From contig NC_069000.1 in NCBI RefSeq assembly GCF_001194135.2, positions 3,034,614 to 3,098,613 on the forward strand: DNA of 64,000 nt, read 5' to 3'. The notes below the pieces were generated by a model that saw nothing but the letters and a program-made list of their open reading frames with translations, was not told where the DNA came from and ran no database searches. This document shows positions 27,154-41,673 of the stretch, one piece after another (within the stretch, counting starts at the first letter, position 1; the number at the start of each line of letters is the position of its first letter). The DNA is from Octopus bimaculoides. Lineage: Eukaryota. Both the position numbers and the translations under genes were made by a program.

Positions 27154-27691
27154 CTTTTTCTTGTTATTCTCGTGCCTACTGTTACTGCTGTACCTCTGTA
27201 TCTGTAGCCGAGAGGAGAAACGCAAAAAAGTTTTATAGGCAAGATTCCAGAGTATATTGTCTAATGGTCCTACATGCTAATATACATATATATATATTCT
27301 TTGTTTGTTTTTATATAGAATCTTACATAATAGCAGTGACAGAACGTTTAATAATGTCAAATATTATAGCGATCATTCGGCAAAATGTACATTATCAGAA
27401 ATATCAAAGCCATATATCCGAATTCATTCCTCATCTACGACACACCATACAACTTAGGGAATTTACAAGCCGCCATTTTGCTTTCCTGATAATTTTTTTT
27501 TTTTTGTGCGTGTTTACATTATATCTCGCAAACAACGAATTATTGAATGTCATACATATTTTATGAAGTTGACGAATTAAAATATTAATATATCAACTCA
27601 TTTTCCGATATAAAATACGAAGTCATGTGGGAAATGTATAAAGTAATAAATTGAATTTAATGGAGTAACTGCATCGAATATACAGTCTTTG

Positions 27692-27761
<70 letters not shown>

Positions 27762-28951
27762 GTGTGTGGATACATTTGATGTAATGTTACAATAAGTATT
27801 AATATATTAATACATGTTTATATTTTCCTGATTTTACTTTCGAATTTTACGTCAATAAATAAAAAGCTGTCTTTTAGCCTAGAGACAAGTTACTTCCCTT
27901 GGAATTTAGACATTATCATCAGCGCAATAGTGCAGGCATACGTCGATGCTCATTTATGCGTTTGTGTATATACGTTCACGCACACAACCTCATGATCTTA
28001 TATTGGAATTTCCTTTAAATATTGTTTGTGCGCATGTGTAATGTGTGCTTGCCTTCGCTTTATTTTATCTAATCCCTTGATTCAGCAGTGCATTGTTATT
28101 GTCATAGAAATCAAACCAAAAATTGTTAGGTTTGCCATCAAAATATTACTTGCTGCTAAACTAGAATTTGTTTCCCAATAAATATATCAGAGGAAGAGAA
28201 TAATTTTTCTCTGAATTTGACACTTATATCAGGGTAAATGCAAGCCTAGAGGTCAATCACGGTGAGACAAAGGATCAAATATAGCGTGGCGTGACCTGGA
28301 ATCTATAGTGTGAACTCTGATACCATTTGGTCAGCCTTTTTGTATTTGGATACAAAGTAGATTGAAACAGAGCTGCTTCATCTGATGTTACTAATCATCA
28401 TAGATTAGGATTTTGCATCAACACTGGCCACCTCGTTTTAACCCCTTTCTTGTTTTGTATCACGTGTTACTTACTGGACGTATCTGCCTCGTATTCATGC
28501 ATCACATATGATTAATATTCCTAAGTTTTAGAATATCCTACGACATATAAAAAGGAAACTTGTATTACGCACAACGTATATAATAAGCATTAAAGGCTTG
28601 AAAGTAGACATAAATGACATATGTTGAAAATGAAAATGTACAGGTAAAGGGTTATAGAAATATGATGAAGAAAGCCGCTTATATCAAGTATCAACTCCAA
28701 CATCACAGTAAGAGCTCGAATATATATCTAGTTCCCAAAATGCAGCAACTTCTGGACTACAAATCTTGGACACGGAGCGAACTCTGTGACATGGTTTTCA
28801 TAAATCGTAGCAATTTTAGAGGATAATTTGTCCAAAACTGTTGTTCTTCGTAAAAGACATTTTTCTTGCCAGTAGATCGTTTCTCAAATATGTGTGTGCG
28901 TATGAGTTTGCGTGCCTGTATGCATTTGTATAGGTGTGTACGTCCTTGCAC

Positions 28952-29028
<77 letters not shown>

Positions 29029-29071
29029 TATATAAATGCGTGCAGAAACATACACACATACATACATACAT

Positions 29072-29113
<42 letters not shown>

Positions 29114-29911
29114 CGCATATTGGGTTTATGTCACATTTTGTTAAGATGGAAGATAACTAACATTGGTAGAAAGTTGTCAGAGAGTTGTTGAAACGCCTAA
29201 TTTCTTTAAGTAGACACTTTAGGTTGCATTGCTTTTTTTCAGAAGCCTAACTTTTCTCAAATTTCACACTCACACAGACACACAGTTACATACGGACAAA
29301 GTAACAAAACACCCCGCGACGCCCTCACGTGCTACAAACACCCAACTCACTCACAGACACATTATTGATATACGTAGATACATATATATATGTGTGTGTG
29401 TGTGTGTTTATTACACACGCGCGCGCACACACACAAATCTGATGGACTTGGAGGTTAATTCAATATGGCGCTGAAAGGCATCGTCACTGATATCAAAAGA
29501 CATTTCTGGGGGCGTAAAATTTTGTGCAATAATTTGTTTTATATACATATATACACAGACAGTTATGTTTCTATGCATGTATGAATGTGTGTGCGTGCGT
29601 GTGTGTGCGTATGTGTGTACACTAAAATATGGTGTATATTTTTTTTGCTCTTTCTTCAGCGTTGTATTTTTTACTTGTCGTTGATGTCTTCGATGATAAT
29701 GCTGTTGTTTTTGTCATCGTTGTTGTTATTGTTGGTTTGCTGACCTTTCAAAGCCACTTATTTGAAAATATATCAAAAAACTAAAAGAAAAATTAAAATA
29801 AAAACAAAATTTTGACATCAAAGCCATTTCGGTTCCTCAGTCTACTTTAGTCTTCCATATGAAAGTTGTTTCAATTTTTTTTATTTGGTTATGTTTTTGT
29901 TGTGTGCTTTA

Positions 29912-29956
<45 letters not shown>

Positions 29957-30131
29957 TCTTTAAATTCTGTATTTTTATGTGTGTTTGCGTGTGTGTGTGT
30001 CTGTTTACGTCTGTTTGCGTATGTTTGTCTATACGAAAATGCATGAATCTAAGCCTACGTGTATGTGTTCCGCAAAACTGCCATCTATGTGTGTAAAATA
30101 CGTCTCTATGTTTGTGTTATGATTTTCTGGC

Positions 30132-30233
30132 TGTATACGTGTTTGTATCTCTGTCTTGTGTTTGCATGTTTGCGTGTATACATGTTTGTATCTCTGTCTT
30201 GTGTTTGCATGTTTGCGTGTATACGTGTTTGTA
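30132..30233. repeat. 43-bp tandem repeat, about 2.4 copies
   Basis: TGTATAC(G/A)TGTTTGTATCTCTGTCTTGTGTTTGCATGTTTGCG repeated at 30132, 30175 and 30218 (partial). Confidence 0.85.
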
Positions 30234-30739
30234 TGTTTGTTTGCGTTAGCCTATTTTCGTTGTTTTCTTTATGTATGTCCTTATTTTACTAGAAAGCTTG
30301 TATCAAAATTTGTTTCTATGTGTATATGTATCCATTTGTGCGTGTAGTGTATATTCATATATGCCTGGGTTATATATCCGTATATATGTATGATGCATAA
30401 AGGAATGGTTGTGAATTTCGTCGAGCAATTACGATGTCCTGGTTTCAATCAGACTCGCTAGTTTGTTTATTTACCTTATTTTATCATGTGTAAGGAACTC
30501 TATTTGGGGGATTAAAATTTGGTAAAAAGGTTTTGTAAGGGATTATGATACTAGCCATGTATAAGAAACTCCCATATATTTTAAACCTAATTTTTGACAA
30601 AAAATGTTTCCTTATGGACGTTAAAATACTGTAATTAAGTGATTGTGTTCTACATATCTCATGAAGCATATGCACACGCTTGTACTCTGAGTAGGCCTAT
30701 GTGTTATAACTGGTTTATATTAAAGAATAAGGATACTGT

Positions 30740-30818
30740 GAGTCGGAGTCAGTATAGTTTTACCGACTCCCACTCCAGCTATTCCTTAATTGTTTCCGAC
30801 TCCGACTCCACAGCCCTG
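30740..30818. mobile_element. End of a GGAGTC-repeat DNA element/MITE (terminus ...CCGACTCCGACTCCACAGCCCTG)
   Basis: GAGTCGGAGTC at 30740, CCGACTCC repeats, ending CCACAGCCCTG. Resembles the termini of GGAGTC-rich TIR elements I recall from other animals; superfamily not verified. Confidence 0.5.
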
Positions 30819-30819
30819 G

Positions 30820-30893
30820 TATTTACAACAGTCCCAGGTCGACCACTGTTTTGTGAAATTGGTGGACGAAACCTCTGTGGATGTTCATAGCGT

Positions 30894-30927
<34 letters not shown>

Positions 30928-31160
30928 TCATACATAGACAAATAGACACGCACATACATATATGGGGATGTGTCTTTTTGTCTCCTACTATCGCCTACAA
31001 TTGTTGACGGATTCTTTGAATCACCAAATTTATAGTTTCGGTGGTAAAGAGACGAAATAAATACTAAGTTTGAAAAATTGGTAGTGGGGTTAATTTATTT
31101 GACAAAAGTTTTGAAGGAGACAGAGTTCCAGTATCGCCGCTGTCCAAACAAGTAAAATAG
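30820..31160 (+). mobile_element. Degenerate SINE family C body and 3' part; probable head at about 30400-30460
   Basis: CCAGGTCGACC...GTGAAATTGGTGGACGAAAC..., internal (CA)n, then AAATAAATACTAAG...GGGGTTAATTTATTTGAC...GTTCCAGTATCGCCGC, collinear with the family C layout. Confidence 0.5.
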
Positions 31161-31369
31161 AAAACAAACAAAAAAAGATACTATGTTTATATCTACCTAC
31201 TTATTATAATTATTATTATTTTTCCATTGGAACTTTCGAGATGTCTTTATTCTTTAGTAATGTACTGAATTCTATACTTTGAGGAAATAGCTATAATAAC
31301 GCAATTTAATATACAAGCAAGAATATAGAGGTATAATGCACCAGGAAGTCCGATATATATACACATCTA

Positions 31370-31448
<79 letters not shown>

Positions 31449-32729
31449 GCATATGTAGATTGTGGACAGGGAGCCAAAATTCACGATAGTGCGGTTTGGA
31501 CAGTTATCATAAGCGGCATGTGTTAAAGAGTGCCAAAAATATGACATCCCGCTCGCCGATACAAATTGCCAATTATCATCAATCAATCAATCGTCGTCAT
31601 CATCAATCATTATAGTGGTCTTTATGAACAAGCGATAGTGTATTATTAGCGATGTCGTCGTTGGGGTCGTCACTGCCGCTGACATCATGATTTACTGTTA
31701 GAAATAGTTCGATGAAACGCAAGGATTTATTTCAATCTACTACTACTACTACTACTGTTGATGGTGATTCGAGCATTACTACAAATTAGGATGATGATGG
31801 TGATGTCGGTGGTTTATTTAATAAATAACCTCATTCATTCCGTTCACTTGCCCTGTATTCATCTGTTAGATCCGGCGAAACGTTTAAGCCAGACTAAGAT
31901 TAAAGGGTTTTACACGAATAGCAAATATAGAATTAAGACTTGGTGTCACGCCAGAGCGAAAACTAAACGGTAGAGAGTTGTTTTCCAGTAGAAATTATAT
32001 TGAATTTTCAAATAGCTCTATAGTCAAGATAGCAGCAAAAGCAGACATCATGCTATGCTTCTAACTCTCGCCTTCTCCTCACGTTCAACTAATCTCTTTA
32101 TTATTATCTCTATCCCTCTCTCTTGCTTTCTGTATCTCTATTTGACGTTCTATATCCGCATCCCTCCCTTATTGCCTGTCCTGCTATTTCTATCTTCTCT
32201 CCCTTTCTCCTTTGTTATTTACCGTTCCCTGTAGGTGTAGGTACAGGGACACTTAGTTCTTGAACTATATTTTATTTTATAATATCTTTCACTGCAGTGA
32301 AACATTTTCAATTAGCTTTTACGGTAACGAAAGTGATTTCTCGCCTTTTAATAGGAAAAATTATTTATAGAACACTATGAAGCACAATTGTAAAATTAAT
32401 TCTAAACGTGGCGTTTAAATAGCGTGTATAGTATATAGCATGCATGCTCAGCTTAAAATTGGGTGTGCTTCGAGCTCTTCGTGAAAGATAAAAGCTATTA
32501 AAGAACCGGTTCTTATTTCTAAACAATCATAAAATCTCGGCAATACGCAGTCGTTATTATACTTGCAATACTTCTTCACAGCTTTAATCATTTATATGAT
32601 TGTCGCGTATATTTGTTCTCCTTTTCTTAGAAGTAGTGCAGTGTTATAAATTTATTTCAACAGAAGAACGAACACCTCAGATATTTTACCTCTGCAACAC
32701 TGATAATATTCATAACCACTGCCACTACA

Positions 32730-32793
32730 TATGGGCGTGAACAGGGCACCATATCGTTGGTAAGCAAGCTACTTACCACACAGCCACTCCTAT
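32730..32793 (-). mobile_element. SINE family C head only
   Basis: Plus strand TTGGTAAGCAAGCTACTTACCACACAGCCACTCCTA is nearly identical to 45866-45901. Confidence 0.75.
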
Positions 32794-34724
32794 ACATTCT
32801 TCCATTGTTAACTTTGTTTTAGATATGTGTGTGTGTGTGTATGCGAAATTATCATAATCACCAGTTAATAAAATTAAATCACAACCTATTTTTCCCCGTC
32901 ATGTTTGTTGGGAACCAAAGCATTCGATGTTCCACGTGCAGCTGTATTCTTTCTTTATCACAACGGATTATCAATGGAACACGTGTTCAGCCATTTGTCT
33001 ATGTAGCATGATGTAATACAATGTGTTCCAGATGATATTTTGGAACATAGAATGCTTTGCTTCTAAATGGCGACAATGATGAAACCTTGAACAAGTGATA
33101 TCAACCAGTGTTTATCACAATTGCTCCTACATTTTCTCTGTATACCATATCTAGTAATATTGCTGATTATAGTAGTAAGCTAACTCTGAGCAATGATAAT
33201 CTATGTGAAGCTCTATAATGAATAAAACAAAATGTACAAATAAAAATACTGGACTTTCTATATTCTCCGCGATTTCGAATGTACTAGCATTCTGCGAAGA
33301 AAGGAAGGAAAAATACAGTCCATAAATTTCTATCTCTCTGTAATCATTTCTATTTTTAATGAAATGTCCCCCTTCATAAAATGTTTAATTAATAAGTGAG
33401 GGGTTAATTGATTCTGGCAATTTTTCAAAAGAACGAAATAATCATATACATATTATAAACGACTTGAACTTTAGAGAAATTCTAATTAAGCGAACAAAAA
33501 GAAATAATTAAATGAATTCTATACATGTTTTTCTCTTAATTTCAATTTCTAATTCATATAACTACTTCCTATCGTGATAAAATGATTATCTTCTGATGAA
33601 TGAACAACTGCGTCCCTCAGAAGAGAAGCGTGTAACGTGTTATATATATCACATGTGTGTGTGTGTGTGTGTGTGTGCATAAGAGTGTGTCTGAATGTGT
33701 GTATGTGAGTACACTAGAGACACCTATGCCACCAGAGACACCAATGGCTAATAATACCTAAAGAAATCTTGTTTTTCCCGGATGGTTTTGAAACAGTAGG
33801 TACTCTTAAAACTATTATATCAATATTGCTTACAGTTTTTGATTGAGTTATTTCCCTTTATCATTATTTTTTTTTAATTATTTTACATCGTTTTAAGTCC
33901 CGTTGGATATTATACTTCTTTAATGATTTCATTAAACAATGTTAATATTTCTTTATTAAACAATATTTATATTTCTTCATTTTCATATTTTATGCTATAA
34001 CTACACAATGTATCTGAGCAATCACCATCTTTGTATTTTGGGTGCAAAAAGCTTCCTCGAGATATATTTCCTCAGCCATAATCAGAATAATATTATTTAT
34101 TCATTTATTAATCTGATGCAGATTGTTTATATTCGTGGTTGCGTTACACATTAATCATTAATTATTTATCACTTTTGCAATTGGTGACGTCGTTTAGAGC
34201 TAGGTCAATTAAATATGTGCAGTGTTAAACGAATCACATGTAACTGTTATTTGTAACAGTTCCAACATATGCAAAGTGTTTTCCTTTCGTAATTGAAAAC
34301 CTCTGTCCTTGTCTCTTCACTATTGTACATTGGTCTATTGATTGTTGATATTTAAGCATTTAAAATACTAAATCATTACACAAGTGGTAAGCGAATGACT
34401 CTCATAAAAATGTTCGAAAGCTAATTCATTTTATTTACATGATTTACATTCTTGAGACTGATTTAACCTGCAGATTTTTCATTTCATTTCATATTTCCAC
34501 ATTATACAGAAATGTAGACTTCAACATGTCTACCTTAAAAATAAAACAAAGCAACTATGCAGAGAGACAAGACTGGCTCGATTTTGATTCAGAATCAATT
34601 ACGATTTTGATCGTAAACATCTCAAAATTATATTCATCTTAGCTAAAAATTACGATTAAGTAAGATATACGGAACACGAAACCGGGAAAGTTATAGATGG
34701 TAGAGTAAAAAAGAATACTTACAC

Positions 34725-34897
34725 ACTAAGCACAAGACCCGAAATTTTGCGGGAGGGGACCAGTACGCAACTGGCACTTAATTTATAGACCCCGAAAGGA
34801 TGAAAAGCAAAGTCGACCTCGGCGGAATTTGAACTGAGAACGTAAAGACAGACGAAATACCGTTAAGCATTTCGCCCGGCCTGCCATCTCGCCGCCT
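34725..34897 (-). mobile_element. SINE family A (tail type A1)
   Basis: GACCCCGAAAGGATGAAAAGCAAAGTCGACCTCGGCGGAATTTGAACTGAGAACG...CTCGCCGCCT. Confidence 0.9.
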
Positions 34898-37178
34898 TGA
34901 TGGTGTATATACATTGGTTTAAGTAAAAGAACGCTGCCTTAATAAGTAAAAAGCGTCTACAACAAATAGGGGAATTCAAATGATTACTTTCGTTCCATGT
35001 CAGAATGACTCTAACGAATGGACGTAGGTTTCTAAAGACAGTATTTATAGAGAATTATTTCTAATTTCATCTACTCATACGATATCTACTCATATCGTAC
35101 CTAGTTATTTCCATTATTCCAATGTTCTAAATTTTTATGACGTAAACAGTTAAATATATTTCAGTTATGTTGAACTAAAAGAAAATGAATATTGCCAAAC
35201 TGAATGCATCTTAGATCATTTTTATTTCTCTCCTTTATATTCTGACTGCAAACTGCGTTAATGATAGCGTTTACGATTTTAGTATTCTTAAAATTAATCC
35301 TCGTTAAGTAGAGGAAAACATACTTAATGGAATGAACAAAATTGTTTAATTAATTAAAATCACAGCATTGCTGAGAAATGATCAGTTATAATAAATGATT
35401 TATGTATAGTCAGTAAATGGAAGGGAAAAGAATTCCAAGATACAAATATGTGAAATAAAACAGGGATTTTAGGTATTTTGCTGTGCTGATGTCTGTACAT
35501 TTGAAAGTAAGCCTGCCTTAAAATGAATCCATGCAGAAAATTAATTAACAGCACATATAAGGAGCACTGCATTCCAATAGCGAAATAAATTGGCAAGAAC
35601 TTTAGTCCATCTTTTCTAGTCATTTTGTTTCATTCATATTTTTGCTTTATTTATATTTTTATTAATATTCTATCTTAAGTTCGATATTCGCTTTGATCTA
35701 TTGGCCATAACAATAAACATTCAATTCCCACGAAAAAGCGTTATTCAGCTGTCATAGCGCAAATGAAATGTCATTTCAAGGTAGAGTGGCGAGAGGACGT
35801 GGCTTAAAAGTTGAAACGCGAGGGACATGAGTCAATGAAATTACTTTTCTGTTCTGCTTGGAAGGTTTTATTTCCGCAGGTAATGTATTGCTCTAAGAGG
35901 TATCAAGAAAGCAATATCCTGGTTTTTCTCCATTCCAAACGATCAGCAATTTGTAGGGAAATAGAATTCGAAGAAACACATCGCTTGAGAATTACTTTTT
36001 GCAAGCAGTGGTTCCTGAGTTCATTTCAACCCTAAGTACATTTCACATGTGAGTTTACCTCAATCTTCGTATTGTCCAGGGCCATGTGATTGAAATTTGG
36101 TAGAAGAGATCCATCCAGAATACTATTCGTCAGTGCTTTTTTTCTCACCTGCATTGATATATTTAATCAGTGGCTATGAAAGTTAACGGCAAAGTCATTA
36201 CGGGGTTGTACTCGCGATACGCAAAATCGTTTGTTTTGATTCATGGACTAGCTGGCAAGTTGTGCTCAACGACACAACTTTTCCTTTCACGCTGTTCAAC
36301 ATTTCGGCGTCTGATATGGAACACACCGTGTACTTGCGACGAAAAGATCGATTTGATGCCGGGAATAAGCTAACGTACAGCACAAACGTTTGAACAATAA
36401 TAAAGGTCTTGTTCAAACACGAAATTTCAGAACCTCCACGTATCGCCTCCGATTACAGGGCCCACCGATAATAATCTCCCTCACGCTAAGTTTGAATACA
36501 AATAGAAACAAACCGTAAGAATTTGGGAGCTCAATATTTGCTCAGTTTTTCCAGAATAATGAAAAGCAAAGTAGAATTCGACATGATTCGATCTCAGGAA
36601 TCTTTAAATTGGAAACAATAAAGTAATCACGTGTCTGAGGTCCAGATACGTCTTGCAAATAACCAAATTTTAAAGAGGCTTTTTTCAAATGCCTACTAAA
36701 CTCGTATTATGCTAATATATTCTTATAGTCTCCTATTGAGCTATCTAGTCTCATAATATCCTAAAACACACATACTGTAATATTTTAGATATTCAATCTT
36801 AAACAACATTAAGCAGTATTTAAGTAAGTTATTACCATCTAAAATGGAGGCTAGCCATTAAAAATGAACTGACATATTACAAAGAGTGTAATATATATGA
36901 ATAAGAGAGCTTATGTCTATATACAAACTTATATATAAACAGACATTTATGCATATTTATATATATACATATAAATATATACATATATAAATATGTACAT
37001 GTATATACATATAAATTTATACATAGATATACGTATATATAAATTTATACACACATATATATAAATATATACGTATATATATACATATATATACATTTAT
37101 ACTTACATATAAATATACAAATATGGACACACTCTCAAACTCAAACACACATAGATTCATATATATATATATATACAC

Positions 37179-37231
<53 letters not shown>

Positions 37232-38599
37232 TGTACGCATTGCCAGCACACATACATGCACGCATACACACACGCACACACACATATATATAACAGATAT
37301 ATATGTTATAAATATATCCATGCATACATACGTACTCATACATATGCTTATATCTTAAACCGTATAATAAAATCTTATCTTTTATTTTTTAACATAAAAG
37401 TAACATTAATTTTTAAAATGAAATACCTATGAAAACAACTAACCTAAGAAGCTGTGTAACCATTTTTACAAGTATTGGGGAAACCATTTATTAAAAGTGG
37501 CTTTCTTTCTGATATAAATGTTTTAATCGTAAACAAGATAGAATTTAATGTGTCGAATATATCCAAAGATTATCATTATATCTATAGTTTATATACATAT
37601 AACACTTTGTTGACTAGTATATCGTTGTAAAGAACTAACTTGCTTGCTTCTCTATGTTTTCATATTTATTGCTGTCTTTTTTTTTGTTGCTTTTTATCTT
37701 CTCTGTTTCAAATTTGTTTTAATAAGGCATCGACGAAAAGATAGCTTATATATGCGCGCGTGTGTGAGTGCTTGTGTGTAACGGTGTATGCATATGTATG
37801 TATGTGTGTATGTATGTATGTGTGTATGTATGTGTGTATATACTTGAGCTTATATATATGCGTATGTATAGTTACACATATACACAAGCCTGTATATAAC
37901 CGATGAAACAGAGAAGCAAGTCACTGAGACGAACAAATTAACTACGTTTATGTGTGTGTTTGCGTCTGGGCGTATTTGTGTGTGTTTCAGTTATTTTTCT
38001 GACCCCAAAAGATCGCCACACATCAATTGAATGTAATAAATCTTAAAGCACTGGCTTTAGTTTTGTTGATATAATTGTTTCCGTTTTAATACAACAGTGA
38101 TGACATATATCAATGGACAATAACAAGTAATAACTGAAAAAGGCATTCCTGATTGCCACTTGAAAATATCACACAACGTATTCCTTTAAGAAAACAATAA
38201 CGGGTAGACAACTATAGCCGCTTCTTTCCATAAAATCTAGGTAGTTTGTACCAAGCGAAAAACCTAAATACACCTTATTTATAATTATCGTTCTTAAACT
38301 ATTCTGCATTCAATAATATATTTATGCTAGTTTCACCCAATCCGCAGCAAATGAGGCATAATTACTTTGATAGTAATCTCATCTATATTCCGCAGCCAAC
38401 TTTTCTCTTCCCTTTTCTTCTGGATATCTCTACTGGTGAAGGGCTCTCGTTCAAAACGTTAGAAATTTACTTCTTAATTGTTATGCTTATGTTAACGTGA
38501 CATTAGTTATAATATGTCCCTCCCACATTCTCTTCTTTTTTATCATTGCCTTCTTTACATATTTACATCATAGGCAGAGAGACACATATATACATGCAT

Positions 38600-38646
<47 letters not shown>

Positions 38647-39027
38647 GATAATCCGTTGGATGATTTAATGAATCGCGGCGAGAATTCCCTAGCATGTTTA
38701 ATTGCTCGACAACTACTAACTTCATATAATTAGCTTTGAAGTCACTTAACATTTCTCAAACTCGTGTCACTTCAATATGAACCGGGATCAATGTGCAAAG
38801 GCAGGACATACAGATTATAAGCGCAATTCATCTGATGGGTTGTATAATATACCCATGCAGACATCTAAAAACGCACGATTTCACTCGTGTCTAGAAGAGA
38901 AAACAATGCTTCCCGAATACTCTATGTACAAGAATCGAAACAATGACTTCATGATTTCGAAGCAACATTCAAAATAATAGCAGCATATTGTGAGTATATA
39001 TATATAAACATATCCATTTACATACAC

Positions 39028-39087
<60 letters not shown>

Positions 39088-39118
39088 ATCTCAATACAAA
39101 TATATGTACATTACTAAC

Positions 39119-39150
<32 letters not shown>

Positions 39151-40151
39151 TTAAAACCTTAATACCACACGCAGAGATAAAACAAATGATTATAATATCG
39201 TGAATGTTATCTCATCTATTGTCTACCAGACATCAAAAGACATTCCATTGTTAGATATCTTCTTCTAAGGAATGCAGAGATTTTGATATCTACGACTTAT
39301 GTTTGCGATATTTTTCAGATATTGAACTGAAATCTCTACAAAGGAATTTCGGGGAAATTTTACTTTATCTAAAATCCGTTGTCTATAGAATTTTAATTGA
39401 TAAAAGGAAAAGGAAGAACCGGTGTTTCATGATGGTTATTGGTGGTGGTGTAGGCCTGTCGCTGCTTCTGCTGCGACTATACTTGTTATTGTTATTGGTG
39501 GTGTCGTCATCGTTTCATTCCCCCAGGGTTGGCTTAGCCAAATCAGGCGTAGGTAAGTGAAGCATGCCGACTATGAATACACCAGAGTGCAGTGCATAAT
39601 TAATAGGAAGTTATCCTGTATACTTCATATTTTCTTCTGAAGCTATGCTAAGGTAATTGTTTTTTCGAGGGAGATATAGCAGTTATTTCTAAACCATCAG
39701 TTGTTGCTGTAGATGTTTAATCATCATCGAGGACAATTCTTGTCTGAGACTCTCCAACCCTGACCATCCCATGTGTTAATTGGTTTTCGAGGCAATTTCT
39801 GCAATTTGCCTTTTTCTTTTTAATATATAAAATGTCTGAGTAAAGTTAAGAAGGAAATTTGCGCATCTAAATATAGGGTTCATGATACAAGGGTAAGAAA
39901 GAAGAAAGAAGGCCTATAAAAACCCCCCACCACACATTATAACAGTATCTATCTATTTTATAATCTATTTATAGATGTGCATGTTCCATCATCTTTCTCA
40001 GCTATAATTTGGCTGAAGAGCGTTTGTGCCCAAACGGGGAACTCCTAATTGCAAGAATTTGGCTCAGCCCAAATAAATTTCATTGTCCTCTATGGTATTG
40101 AATAAGCTCTTGTTTCCACAAGGAAAACTAAACGCGCGTCTGTGTGTGCTT

Positions 40152-40199
<48 letters not shown>

Positions 40200-40333
40200 C
40201 GTACGTATATATCTTCGTGTGGTGGGACGTGAACGTGTATTCTTATACGTAAATCTGCGTATATGCACGTGTGTATGAAAATATCTTGTTCTGAGATGAG
40301 CGCTGAAGACGCTAATAGAACATCGGTATTTCT

Positions 40334-40370
<37 letters not shown>

Positions 40371-40964
40371 CTCCACTTTGTTGAAGATTCTACCTTCAAA
40401 GTTCATTAACTGCATAATACACATTTTTTTTTTGCCAATGCATTAATATGCTGCAATAACAAACAGTCGTTCAGATTCGCAAAGCATAAAGCCCAAATAC
40501 AGAAACATCAAAGAAACCGAATTTGGAAATTTTTCGAATGTTTGGCACATAAACAGTGGGAGGTCAGCGACTTCACGTTTGTTCGGAGCTGTTTCTCATG
40601 ATTTGAAAAAAAAGACTTCAAAAAACAAAAATGAACGAATATAGGAATAAAAACATTTTCTGGATAGCTTGCGACGTGGTTCAAAACATTTGGATACCAA
40701 GTATTTCAAAATAAATGCTACAGGCCTACTTCAGGTCACGAATAACGAAGATTCTTCGATATTGTGCTGGCGACTAGGTTAAGCAAGAAAGGAATTTTCA
40801 AATCATTTTCATCGAATGTAATCTGCGCTGAGCGATTGAGCATAAAATGGACACTGGCAAATGATGAGATTTAAGAAAACATAATTTTCTGGTGTGTGCC
40901 TCTCTATCTCATGCATATATACTTCCGCATATATACATATGTATATATCACATATACTTATATA

Positions 40965-41017
<53 letters not shown>

Positions 41018-41613
41018 GCACATAGATGCATACCTACATATATATATACACACATACATATGTGCATACATAAGTATATACATAGACAGACACGCACATA
41101 TATATGCACACACACAGAGACACACCCACGCACACATATATCTATATGCGTATGTAAACGTACATGAAACTTGTGTAAGTACAGTTGTAGATTTGTCTAG
41201 CGTGTGTCAGTGTGTGATCCCATAAAAAAAGGCTTGTTACCATTTAAATAGAATTAGAAAACACAGGCTCTTTGTTTTCTTTTTAAATCTGCAGACTTTC
41301 AGTAATTGTTAACAGATTTAAAAATCTCTTATCACAGACAAAACCTCGTCAAAACTCCGAGGTTGAGAAAACAGGAAGATTTGTAAACAAAATAAAATTT
41401 AATGAGATTTTTTTATTATATTCAGAGGTGCGGACACATAAAAATTCACACTCATACAATTACTCAAACACACACTCACACACACATATATGCACACACA
41501 CACATACACTGATATATACACACACATACATACATGCATACATACTCACACATAAACATACATACGTACAGTGGCACATACATATGTATACACATACATA
41601 CACACGCAACGAG

Positions 41614-41673
41614 GGACGAAATGCCGCTAAGCATTTAATCCAGCACGGTAACGATTCTGCGATAAGTCAGCCT
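41614..41673 (-). mobile_element. SINE family A head fragment; further A fragments at about 36555-36600, 41752-41860 and 59515-59580
   Basis: GGACGAAATGCCGCTAAGCATTT...TAACGATTCTGC...GCCT. Confidence 0.65.
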
